From positions 3,720,001 to 3,784,000 of the forward strand of contig CP089276.1 of NCBI GenBank assembly GCA_023920165.1: a stretch of DNA of 64,000 nt. The letters run 5' to 3'. The position numbers and the translations under genes were made by a program. The stretch comes from Curvularia clavata. Taxonomy: Eukaryota. This document shows positions 50,977 through 62,539 of this stretch, in pieces (the stretch's first letter is position 1; each line of letters begins with the position of its first letter). Under the pieces are notes generated by a model, which had not been told where the DNA came from, did no database searches, and saw only the letters and a program-made list of their open reading frames with translations.

Positions 50977-52000
50977 CTTTTGATTCGGATGGGCGGGGCA
51001 GGAGAGCTTTGTTGGCTTGCTTTTACAGCATGCTCTACTTGTATTTTCCTGGCACCTTGCCATGCCGAGCATGGCGTTTTCAGTTTGGTTGGTGATATCC
51101 AGGGAACTTTGGGGGTCTCGGATGGATCTTATACCCTCGATGGGCTCTTTGTTCATGATTTATGTTTACTGTTATGCTTAATTAATTACTTACTGCTACT
51201 ATTTAATACCACCAGCAGGATCTGTTTAATAAGGCGTTCAAAATAGCACTTTTATGAGCATTGTTATGCGGTCTTGATTTAATCCCTCACTTGCGCTGCA
51301 CCAGTGTATGTGTATGGTGTTTGGTGCAAAACTGTATTCAAGCAAAATCAAAATTTATGCCCAAGTTCTAGAACTAATTTCACTGAAAGGTAGAAAAAAT
51401 GTATATGAATGACCTTAGTATCTTTTGAGCTAACTAGTGATGCAGATAAATGTATTTGATAGAGCAATGAGATGGGTCTTTTTACAATACTTCACGTCGA
51501 GTGGAATTAAAGACTAAAATGATGTTGATGTATTCTATATAATGCAGTATGAATACAAGACGTTTTGTGTGAGATACCCCGCTTTGCCGTGTTGATGTTG
51601 AACGTGTTGGCTCAATGCCTGCTAGGTATACCGAATAATGTTAGACGTAATGCCTACCGCTTTGCCTTTGATGTTTGACGCGTTCCAATCGCCCATTTTG
51701 GAGAACTAGGAAATGCTCTTGGGTGGAGTATAGTTGAAAGTCGCCTAGCTGGGGTCGCAGTTACCAACAAGGCGAGGGACAGACTTGATGCCACAACGCT
51801 GAGTGAGGTCGCAAGACTCCTAGTCCTTGGACAGACAAACTGAAAATCTTATATATTCTCTGACTACAGATAGACTCTAACACAATAATAATAATACAGC
51901 TGCATTAGCTGTCCCTCATGTTGCCCAACTTGTAGAACATCGTCGAAGTCCTACGTACATTAAGCTTTCAGGAGGGATCCTATCATTTTCAAGTACAACA

Positions 52001-54307
52001 CTAGGTATACAATTGACCTGGAGAAGGCTGAATAACCTCTTCACTTGAGAGACCACAATGTGGTGGCAAATTGTCAAATTTCGGATCATCCTGCACCAGA
52101 ATCTCACCCCACTGGAGTTCCTTCTCCCAGGGTGTATCCTCTACTCGTATTGTGTGACACGATGCAGCGATGGCCGCGCTGCAGGATCCTACTACGGGAG
52201 CGGGGCTGAGTTTCTTCATGCCCAGCACAACCATACCGATTGCCAGACCGATAGCGACAAGCACTGATAGCAGGATACCCAGAGGACAGTACGCCAGCGT
52301 GATAAAGTCAGCACCGCATGTTATAAGGGCAGGGTTATCGTTATTCTGAAACCAATTGCTTCCTAGCGCCTCTTCCCAGTGTACACACTGATGGCTGTTA
52401 TGCTGACCGTACATATTGTACACCTGTACAGAAACAACAAAGAGGCTTTGCGATGACAGCCAATGAAGGAGCGTTGAGAAAGCCAGAAGCGGTAGGGCAT
52501 AGCGGTATGGAAGCTGTAGGAAATATGTGCTGCGTTGGCGCCCTTGACGGCTCGATGAAACGCGTAGCGGCTTGCGCCGTGTGAAGAAGCTTGACCACTC
52601 GTATGAAAGCAGCATTGAGGTGATTGTAGCATTGTAGGAAAAGTAGATGAGAGAGATGATGACCTGAGGGGTATTGGCGATGATGACGTTTTCGAATACG
52701 CCAGCGAGGCCAGAGGACGCGGTGTAATTTCTCACAATAGTTCTTGCGTCAACACTACCTAGGCCGATTCTAAGGACACTGGCTAGGTCCTTTGTGCCGT
52801 TGATAGCGTTGTAGCCATAGACAAAGAGGTAAATTAAGACAGATATGCCAGATGCTAGACTGGGGTTGCAGTTAGTGAAATTATTTAGTTCGTCAAGGCT
52901 GTCAATTATACTGACGCAAGAAAAACAGTCAATAGCTTCCCCCTCTTGACTGATGCAAACCATCTGAGTGATTTTCCAGTAAACGCTCGTGGCTCCTGGC
53001 GCAAAGGCCACTCTTTGCCTGCGCGATGGACTTGCTGTTGTGACAGGAGACACATTTTGTCCGCCGTTGTATCAGGGTCGCGTAAGAAAGATGCTATAGC
53101 ATCTCCGACGGTAAGCATTGGGTCGTTGCGAAGCGTCCGGATGCTGCCTAAGATTGCCAGGATCTTCACTATGTTGAAAATAATGACTATGGTGATCAGA
53201 TGAACACTAAATTTAAGCGTGCATTTCTGGTGAGTGGGCTCACTCAGGCAACTTCGCACTGGGATGGAATTGAGCGGGGCCCATATCGAAGAGTTGGCCC
53301 GCAGTTGAGGCAAAAGTAGATGTGTATTCTGCTCAAGACATTCTGCAGAGTTTGTGTCGAATTGCTCGTAAATCCAAGCTGTCCCAGTATATGCGGAGCA
53401 ACGGCCGCTTGCTACAACCTGATTGTACCAGCCATGAATCTCGTTTTCTGGCATGAGACCTTCGTCAACCAAGAGAAATACATTGCCCCTTGATGGTTGG
53501 AAGGGGATGCTGTATTCGTTTATGCAATCCAGAGGTGAGAGCACCTCGAGTCGATCTGCTTTGAAAGCCTCTGCGTACACCATGCTCCCAAGATGGCGCT
53601 CACCATAAGTAGTCGATGATGATGATATGTTGGGTGGGTTGTTGAATCGGCCAGCTTCTATCGCGGCTTTTGCCTCGGGGCCAAATTTGTAGATTCCATA
53701 TGTCTGAGCTGAGGTGGTTTTGAAGATAACGGAGTTGTAACTATGAAAGTGTCAGCGTGTGCTGGTGGTCTTGGCAAATTCCTTCGACTCATACTGCATA
53801 CCAGAGATGTAATGGGAATGAAGATAACCCCAGAATCCACCAGTATATCTTTTTGTGCTTTCCAAGGTCCGAAGACAAAACGTTTCTCAGACTAGGTATG
53901 CCAATATCGAGCCATTTTCCTCTACGATGGGCGTTATCTATTTCGGAACGAAGAGGGGCTGAAAGACATTGCATGCAGTAATTGCTTGCAGCTAGGATTG
54001 AAGAGCTTAAAATATTGATCAGTAGATGGACACCAATATTTGCCCATTTGGTGTCATCGCAAGACGCTTCGTAGAGTATACCGAGTCCGTCTTCAATCCC
54101 TTTCATCCTCACTGCCCACAATAAAAAGGTGGTATTCACGATGAGTACCACACATCCTAGCAGGGCGAACATGTATAGACTCTTCTGCCATTTCTGTCTT
54201 TTCCTGGCAGTGTGTGTGACATCAGGCGCCAAGAAAGGCTGGTGTTGCACATCTCGTCGCTTCAAAAGATGTGCTTGATCCATATCCGCACCATGAGTGA
54301 CTCCCAT
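52001..54307 (-). CDS. DUF6536-type multi-pass membrane protein; introns about 53741-53801 and 52860-52913
   Basis: HLLINILSS.IL.ASNYCMQCLSAP.R.EID.AH..GKWLDIGIPSLRN, WILGLSS.PLHL.YNS, TVGDAIASFL, ANTPQ, KPLRVS, RSTYFLQLPYRY and GSCSAAIAASCH. Confidence 0.85.
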
Positions 54308-55063
54308 ATTGTGTTTTGTGGCGGATGCAACAGAGTGACCATGAGCAGATCAGAGTTGGCAACACACAATTTATATAACTGCTCTAAGCGTGTGTGGCTG
54401 GTAGCCAAGATAAAGGATGGTGGTTCTGATTCTAGCATTGGCTATGATGCTTGTTTCGATGCGGTAAGGCCCCCTTCATCTTCTGTGGCGGAACAACTAC
54501 CCAGCCAACCAACGTAAATTTGCTGCGCCACAATATCGCACTGCTTCTCAGGATCATTATCCTTGTACCTATTACAAAATTAGGCACATGTTGAAAACAC
54601 GATGTTACACTGCCTACGTAATGACAAGATGAAGGCATTTTGAGTGACCGACTAACTACGCGGTTGATTTTGAGTATACGCAGTCCAGTGGAGGTGACCG
54701 GTTGTATCAGCTCCCTCAGTACCCCTTTTTCAACACGAATGACATCAGCCTATCGCTTGAATAATCGAACGAGAAAAGAAGCGGGCGCTTACTGATCCAC
54801 GATACTGATTGGTTAACACGTGTGTAACTATGGAAGAAAGCTGTCAAGCAGGACATATCAACCAGAAGCGAGTGGAAAGTGATGCCTAATAGATGTCACT
54901 AGGCTTGCCTAGATAGGATGTACTCTTTAGAGCGCCTTTGTTTCCAAATTTTATATAGTAGAGTAAGGTTTAAAAAGGTATTAGACTTTAGGGGATATAA
55001 AGCACTAGCTTGCCTAGGAGTAGTTAGCTTTAGTTTCTTTTAAATAATAGCGGACTTTATTAT

Positions 55064-55333
55064 TATAACCATGTATTTCTCAAGACCTACACCAGATGAG
55101 ACGGCTTATTGAGATCCGACCAAGAACCGGGGCAGATCCGATGAAGACCTGTACTAAGGTATAAGTACCCGGTACCTTCCATAGATGTTGTTATATTTTT
55201 GATATCCTTCCGTACCAGGCCTATGAGTGTCTACCGAATCCAAGGTGTTTCTGTTGTCCCACGCACTTCCATATGCATTTGAGTGACACTTCCCACCGGA
55301 ACCGATTCGACTAGTCTTGCTTGCGCTGTTACA
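55064..55333. mobile_element. Solo LTR (about 270 bp) of an LTR retrotransposon, nested in RIP-like degraded DNA (about 54895-55400)
   Basis: Ends TATAAC...GTTACA (TGTAAC/GTTACA inverted termini with one TpG>TpA change), a perfect 5-bp flanking duplication ATTAT (55059-63 and 55334-38) and an internal TATA-like GGTATAAGTA. Both flanks are TpA-rich. Confidence 0.7.
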
Positions 55334-55776
55334 ATTATCGTTCTCACTACTACTCTAGCTACTAGTATTGCTATCCTAGAGTATCCTAGTATTATATTGA
55401 CTGAAACCACAGTTTCTGTGCATCATGAGAAGACGTATTAATATGCTGTCGTTAGAACTCGGGCAAGGGCTTACCATAATTGTAGCACTTAGAAGGTTCT
55501 GGTAGTCATAGATTCTCATCGCCTCGGTCTTCTTGAGAAACTGGTATTGAGACACGTTTGCGACCATCGTCATTGCTTGAACTACACAAGTGACAATGTA
55601 TGGTGTTTTGTACAAAATTTTATTCAAGCAAAACCAAAATATATACCAAAACCCAGAGCCAATTGTGCTCAAGGGCAAACAAATATGTACAAACAATCTT
55701 ATGCCCCCCCCTTGTTCCTCACCCTCTGATCCTTTAGTCATACCGAGACTCAATTCTCATATAAGAAAGGAGTACC

Positions 55777-56504
55777 TTAGACACAGGCAAAAGTCAATAG
55801 AGTAAAAGCACCTCCGGCATATCCATTCACAACTCCCGCGACCGCTCCCAAGCCCGTCATGATATTCTCACACAGCTCGCTTTGATCCACCTTCTCCATC
55901 GCAATATCAAGCCCAATGTTCGGGGGCGCCGCATTCGCAGCATCCGGTGCCTGATAATTGATACCCCAGAACTTGGGCACCTCACAGTTGGTCGCCACAT
56001 GCTTGTTCGGCGGGCAGTAGGACATAGCAGAGCCACCAAAGCAGCGGTTCGTGTAGGTTACCTCTGTGCATTTGGCGACCTCCTTTGCAGCAAGAGCCAG
56101 GATGTCGACGAGACCGTTGCGGATCCAAGTCGGGTATTCGCCGTCGGGACCGAGAGTCACTTTGATAGCGTCTGCACTTTCAGAGTGCGTGATCATGCCT
56201 TTGAGCTCGATGGGGTTCGTCTCGCATTGCCCGGATTCGTGGCAGATGGGGCCCACGGCGGCCATGATGGCGTCGGTGTTGAGGGAGCCGATTTGCACGG
56301 TTTCTTTGGAGACTGAGATAGGTGGGTTAGTTTGACGAGGTGGAAAGGGACGAAGGGTAGCTTACAAGTCAGCTTGATGTTGCCGTTCTTGTCCCAGGTG
56401 GTTTCGCTCCGCTTGGTGAGGGGGTCGTGTTTGATGGCTGGGACGACGCCGGCGGAGACAGTGGCGGCGAGGAGAGCCGCAATGGTGATGGTGTTGGAGA
56501 GCAT
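55777..56504 (-). CDS. Small secreted Cys-rich protein (224 aa, 8 Cys), effector candidate; intron 56313-56365
   Basis: Signal peptide MLSNTITIAALLAATVSA, propeptide ending LTKR (Kex2-type) and a GTAAGC..CTAAC..CAG intron joining the two ORF halves in frame. Confidence 0.82.
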
Positions 56505-57857
56505 GGTGAATTGGGTAAGAGAAAAAGCTTGCAAGCTGAGAAGTCGAGAATTAAATTGATTGTTTGATAGTGTTGTAGTGGTAGTTTGTGATGCTGATGG
56601 TCTTAACTGCAGCGACCCAACAGCACCTTTATACCTTTTTTCCAAACCTCTGCTTTACCCTCGCCATCTAGATCTCCACCATCTGAACCAATCTTCAGGC
56701 CTCCTGTTCGCCGTCTACACTCGGGGACCAAAGCATAGGGCAGTAAGGCAAGCAAGTGAACAAGCCCGTCAATCTCCCCATGCAGTAACTCTACCTGACT
56801 ATCACCATCTCTATCGCTATCTGTGGTCCCGTTTGAGGCTCAGACACTACTACTTCGTTGAACTACAAGCCTCAAAAGACCCATCCAATCCGCAGCCATA
56901 GGAAAACAGAAGACTGGAATAGACCCGTAAATAGCACCAACCCCATGTCTTTCCCCCCCAGCCGGGGAAATCCCACGCAACAGCCTCCAAACTACCAGCA
57001 GGTAGGCTGTCCACACCCACTCCCTACCTTGGCATCTTTGTCGTCCACGGAAGGCCTTGCCTGGGGCTAGCAAAGAACAAAAAAGCTTGGTATGTGCTCC
57101 GCCTCCCAACCCACGGGGTAGGTTGTGTGTGCAGCGGGCACTAGCATCGAGGCTAGACGGTAGGAATGCAGGGGGCGGGAGGCTGAGTAGGCGAAAACGA
57201 ACACAAAGGAAGGGCCGGAGGGTTTGATACGCAGTTGGCCTTGGTAGGGATGCAGGTAGGTACGTAGATATGCAAGGGCGGGACGGCGCGCCTTATCCTG
57301 CTCTTAGTTGGGGGGATATGGGTGGTTGTGCAACGTCATGTCATGTTGATGGTCTATCCTGGGGGATTATTTTCCCCAATTGCTTTCTGTGCTTGCGCAA
57401 CGAGCATGGTGTGTGCATATTTCCCTCATTTTCTTTGCATCAAGATCATAAAGTAGATTGCTCATGAATTATTGTTTCGACACGTCCGATCTCTTTTGTC
57501 CTCCATCAAGGCGCGCTAGCAGCATGACGTCGGTACCCGCAACTCAGCCTCAAAAAACGGTGGACACCAAAACATGTCACAAAAATAGCAGCAGATGCCA
57601 AGCACAGCTTTTCGGGGGGCGGTAAAAGTCTGCCTTGGGGGAAATGGGAAAGAGAAAGTGCGGGGGGCAAGTGAGGCGGAGTCCGATCTCCCTAAATCGC
57701 AGTTATTTCTTTTTGGGGGGTTGGTCGTGTAGCACATGAATCGTGTAATGCTCCCCCCTACGGGCTACAAAAAATTGGGATCTCGCAGTCTGTGAATAAC
57801 ATAGGGTATATTCTATTCTATAGTATTGTTTACTCTTTCTTTGGCTTCTACATCTTT

Positions 57858-58956
57858 CTACTCCTTAGCGCCGTGCACAAAGAGCCTCGTGCCGAGTGTC
57901 TCCTTATGCGTCTTCTCGCCAGGGCCGCCCGCACGTCCACCAAGGACAAGCTGGGCCCTGAGCTTCCATTCGACCGGAATCTTCCAGTGCTCGGCGGCCT
58001 TTGGGTCAATGAGGGGATTGTAGTGCTGAAGGTTGGCGCCGAAGCCCTCGGCCTCGAGGGCTACCCAGAGAGCGTATTGGTGCATGCCGTTGGTCTGTTC
58101 AGACCAGTCGCCAAAGTGGTGTGCGTAGAGAGCTGTGGATGATTAGTTCCAAGACCTCATTTAATTCATGTACTGGGTCTCTTACGGAATGCTTTTCGGA
58201 GAGCTTCGACTGGCTCGGGGTCTTCGTAGAAGAGGATCTAGAGTTGTCTTGTTAGTTGGTGCTCTTACTATGGTACCACCTAGCTCTAGTCGAAACGAAG
58301 AGCAACTCCACAAATAAACAAATACGTACCGTTCCATAGCCATTCCTGAATCCCTTGATTCTCTGTTCCGTCTGGGGAAACTTGTCTTCAGGAGTGACAG
58401 GCTTCAAGACCTCGAGTACGTAATCCCAAAACTGGTCGTGCTCCTTGTTCAAAAGCACAACGAGACGTGTGCTCTGTGAGTTGAAGGAAGAAGGCACGTG
58501 AAGCAAAGCCTTCTCTGCAAGCTCAACAATCTGCTTGTCGGAGATGGGTGCCTCCTTGTTAAGAGCGTAGATTGTGCGACGTTCCTTGATGGCGTCGATG
58601 AAGGGCTTTTGGGCGGACATGGGGGGCGATGTGGATGTTGAGAAGGCTTTAGAAGACGCAAGCAAGCTTGAAGTTGATGAAGGAATTGAGGATACTGGAG
58701 TCAGACGAAGGGAAGACGAAGCGCTCTTGTATCCCCCGCCGATCCAAGCACGATACCTGGCGGCCCGTAGAGTATTGCTCAGCATCTGCGCCATGGACTC
58801 GGTTAGCTGTAGTGGGGGGTCCGGGGAGGAAAAGTCTTCGGAGACACTGTGACCCGGCGATAGGAAACTACTCGGTACTATATTATGCAGCAGCAGAGCA
58901 AGCAACAGGCCCGCTATTAGGCCGGTGAACAAGGAACGAGTAGCAAACATGGTCAT
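57858..58956 (-). CDS. Nitroreductase-like protein, Hbn1/Frm2 family; introns about 58238-58329 and 58133-58183; in-frame ATGs at 58956/58950, 58794/58785 and 58620
   Basis: RRTIYALNK, HVPSSFNSQSTRLVVL, FRNGYGT.LFYED, NGMHQYALWVALEAEGFGANLQHYNP and WKLRAQLV.G. Confidence 0.88.
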
Positions 58957-59643
58957 GACAGGGTAAGTCTTTTGCGTTTGTAAGATTGACGCAGCACCTG
59001 GGAATTACTTTAAACCGCAATTACCATTGGTTTTGCTACTGTAAGCGCGGGTTTCACATGGAAACGTAACGCTAATGTCGCCATGAAGCGGGTTAATGGT
59101 GTTAGGGGCTCGGCATGCGGGAGTGCCTGGGGCCGAGTGGATTTACAATCCATCTGTCAGCTGCTTCAATTGGTGCGCAGTAATTCCGCAGGAGCGGTAG
59201 TCATCCTACGCAAGGCTTACACATGATGCTGCATGTTTGCCCAGGAATTACATCAGCAAAGCACTGCGTACGTTTGAAGAAAGAGGGTCACGTTTTTCTG
59301 AAGCGAGAGAACCACTTATTTCTGAATCAAGAACATCGCGTACGTTTGAAGTGCTTTTTGGTCTCGCCGCGTTCACACGATTGCATTGAATAACCAACAG
59401 AAAGGGTAATCGATCCATTCTTTGTCTATCAATCACACGGCTTTGCTATTATATTGCAAAAACCTTAAACCGAAACCATATTTATCGAAAAGTTACTGGT
59501 GCATTACCAACAACACAGAGAGGAGAGATATTTACGTATGGATGACCACACTACTCTTAAATATGTAACACGCTGCGTAGTGTCTACAGAAGTCATAAAC
59601 CTCAAACGATGTAGAAGCCACGTTGACCAAACAGATGCGCGCC

Positions 59644-61351
59644 TCAAACTTTCCCGGCTCCTTCCAGGGAAGATTTATCGCCATGGCCCTCACGTAAATG
59701 ATGAGGAACCCACCTGGCCGATGTCCGCGGTGTAGTCTCCTCTAGCATACGATCAACCTGTTCAAGCGAGAGACCCTTCGTCTCCGGCACCAGGAAGTAT
59801 GCGAAAACGATGCAAGCAGTGCACGTCGCACCCCAGATGAAGAACACCCTGGCCTTGAGATTTCCGTAGCCCTTGTCGACCATGTACGGTGTAATGAAGC
59901 CGATGATGAAGTTCCAGAACCACTAGCAAAGATTAGCATTTTGTCGTCTGTATACGCTGTGGGAACTCACATTGCTAGCCGTGGAAAGCGCAACGCCTTT
60001 AGCTCGAATCGGCAGGGGAAATATCTCTCCAATGACGACCCAGGCGCCCGGCCCCCAGGTCGATGCGAAGAAGAAAATGTAGAAGCAAGTGAAGACGATT
60101 AGACACGTGCCAGCTGCCTTGCTGCCTTCGTCGACGGTACCGACAATAGCAATGACAAATTCGCAGACGAGCATGCCGAGGCCGCCACCGATGAATATCG
60201 CACGGCGTCCGAATCGCTCAATGGTCCAGAAAGAGAGGGGAGTAGAGGCAACGTTGACAGCAGTTGTGATCATAGAGATGAGAAAGGCGTTTTGTAGGCC
60301 AATCGTTTGGAAGAAAGTCGAGCCGTAGTAGAAAACTGGCTTCCTGTTAGACTTTACTCAGCCCTCTCGTAGGAAGGGTATTTTCTCACTGAAATTGACA
60401 CCAGTCCACTGCTGCATCATCTGAAGCATCATTCCCAGCACCACGCGACGAAGATTGCTAGACGGCTTCCATCCGCCATGGAAACAATCAGCCCAGGTCG
60501 AGCGCATGGCACGCATTTCGTAGTTGTGGTTATCGATTAATTCCTTGAGCTCGTCGGTAATGTACGTGGAATCTGGAGGCTGTCCACGCAGCGTTCCAAG
60601 CGCACGAGCGGCATCCTCATTCCGGCCTTTTTTGACGTACCAGCGAGGCGACTCTGGAAGCAAGAATAGTCCCACACCCAGGACGCAGGCGAATATCCAC
60701 TGAATCGCCATGGGGATGCGGTACGAGCCAGAGTCCATGAGGTCTTTGGTCGCGTTATCTACAACGGCCGCCAGAAGCAGGCCAATGGTGATGCAGAATT
60801 GGTATCCAGATACCATGGCACCGCGGAAGCGCTTCGGAGCCACCTCAGACATGTACAGGATGATGATTGCGGAAACAAAGCCAATGCCAAAGCCGGCGAT
60901 CAAGCGCCCAGGAACGAGCAGGGTTACAGTGGAGGAAGCAACTTGCAGTGCGACACCAACAGAAAAGATCGCGCAGCCCACAACAATAGTCGAGCGCCGA
61001 CCGATCCAATCAGCCACCGAGCCTGCAGCCAACGCGCCAAAGAATGTGCCAGCGGAGAGGATAGAAACGATAAGTGATTTCTCCCAAGTCCTGTACAGCC
61101 AACCGTTGGATGCGTCTTTGTCGTTTGAAGCGCCTGGTTGCATATTCAGTATGTGGACAGCGCATGCAGGACTATTCCATAGATGGAACGGACTCACTTC
61201 CAAACCGCTGCTTGAAAAACGGCATTCCCATCACGCCGTTGATGTAGCCCGAATCATAGCCGAAGAGGATACCGCCAAAGGCCGCAAAGACGCAGAGGAG
61301 GTAGCCTCGTGGCGTTACAGGGGCTTCGATGCGGTCGGGCGCCATGAGCAT
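59644..61351 (-). CDS. MFS sugar porter, high-affinity glucose/hexose transporter (RCO-3-like clade); 4 exons
   Basis: RIEAPVT, FGGILFGYDSGYING, IVSILSAGTFFGAL, DWIGRR, YMSEVAP, PESPRW, QQWTGVNF.FYYG, WGPGAWVVIGEIFPLPIRAKG and PETKGLSLEQVD. Confidence 0.92.
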
Positions 61352-62134
61352 GGGTTGGGCTGCGTGACCTTATGGATGTAGAATCTTTGGATCAGTTGTA
61401 GGTGTTGTAGATGATCTCAGATTAGAAACAAGTATTGAGACAGTGGCATGAGAGAAAGAATCTTCTCTTGATGAGGACGAGATGAGAAATATATGTCCAG
61501 GTCGATGACGGGAAAATGGTTTGTGTGATAAACGGACAACAGAGAAATGAGTTGGCAGCGTAAACAGCTACAAATAGTAGTAGGCGAGTAAATAGAGCTG
61601 CTCCGAATGTACGCAAGGAAACAGCTATAATGTACATGAAGTATAGACGCAGTGGGCCAATAATAGGACGTGGCTAGAGTGAAGAACTTTTCGGTGTAAT
61701 CACAACAGAACAGATCAAACTAGTGTTGTTTCCAGATAAATACATGAAAACAGTTCGTTCGTTTGGGGAAATACAAGGAAAGTGTATTTGGAATCATACT
61801 TCCTGACCTTAGAGCGCCGTGTCTTTCGCTGCGATTGGGACAGCTTGCACCGCTCCCTGATCAAGAAGTGGTTGATATGCTTGTCGAACAAATGGAAACG
61901 ATGAAGGGCGCACAAGAGAAACAATGCCTAGTTATTAGGGACTAAGAATATTTTAGAGAATCTGGTATTGCCAATCTAAGAATGTTCAAAGTCAACATGT
62001 ATAGGCTGCGGAGAGAAGGTATATATACTAATATGAACAAGAGAAAAACAAAGTATGAGAAAAGGAGAACAAATGAACGCTATGAACCAAATGTTATACG
62101 AAACTAAACGATTTAAGGGAGTGAAGAATAAGAC

Positions 62135-62539
62135 TCAATATCGTGGAGCGTCCTGGCGCACTGCCTCATTGTAACTTGGCGGCGGGTCTTCTTCACCAAC
62201 CCTCTCGGTACTCACACTCCTGCGCCTGCTTCCATCTCGTGATTCAGCATATTGCCCGCGACGAGCCTCTTCTAGTGCTCTTTGCGCATCATCACGTTTT
62301 TCTTGCGTCCGTTGTTGTCGCTCCCGAGTCGTCATTGGCGGTGGTGGTGCCGATGATGAAGAACCGTAGATTGCTTCGTGTTGCTACTAGCATGTTAGCA
62401 CACGGGATAAAGTATCTGTGGAGAGTAAAGGACATACGGCAATGGCCTTTTTCTCTTTTCGCTCCAGTCTCTTCTCAGATATTGTACGTCCTAGTTTTTC
62501 GGCGCCAAGACCGATACTGACAGCAATGAGACCAGCCAT
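62135..62539 (-). CDS. Small hypothetical protein (116 aa) with C-terminal PPPSY (PY) motif; intron 62384-62437
   Basis: ACCATGG start. Exon 1 MAGLIAVSIGLGAEKL...KKAIA is spliced (GTATGT..GCTAAC..TAG) in frame to QHEAIYG...EEDPPPSYNEAV. Confidence 0.7.

Noticed and set aside
51579..51684. Imperfect direct repeat CCGCTTTGCC..TTGATGTT..ACG.GTT; also a 14-bp repeat GCGTACGTTTGAAG at about 59266 and 59338
   Set aside because: Only two copies each, with no spacer periodicity or element ends. Not CRISPR-like and no supportable function.
54823..55333. Longer LTR boundary starting at TGTAAC 54823
   Set aside because: Flanks do not form a TSD (ACGTG vs ATTAT), whereas the 55064 boundary does.
59644..59760. 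Transporter as a Snf3/Rgt2-type glucose sensor
   Set aside because: The C-terminal tail is short, with no long sensor extension.
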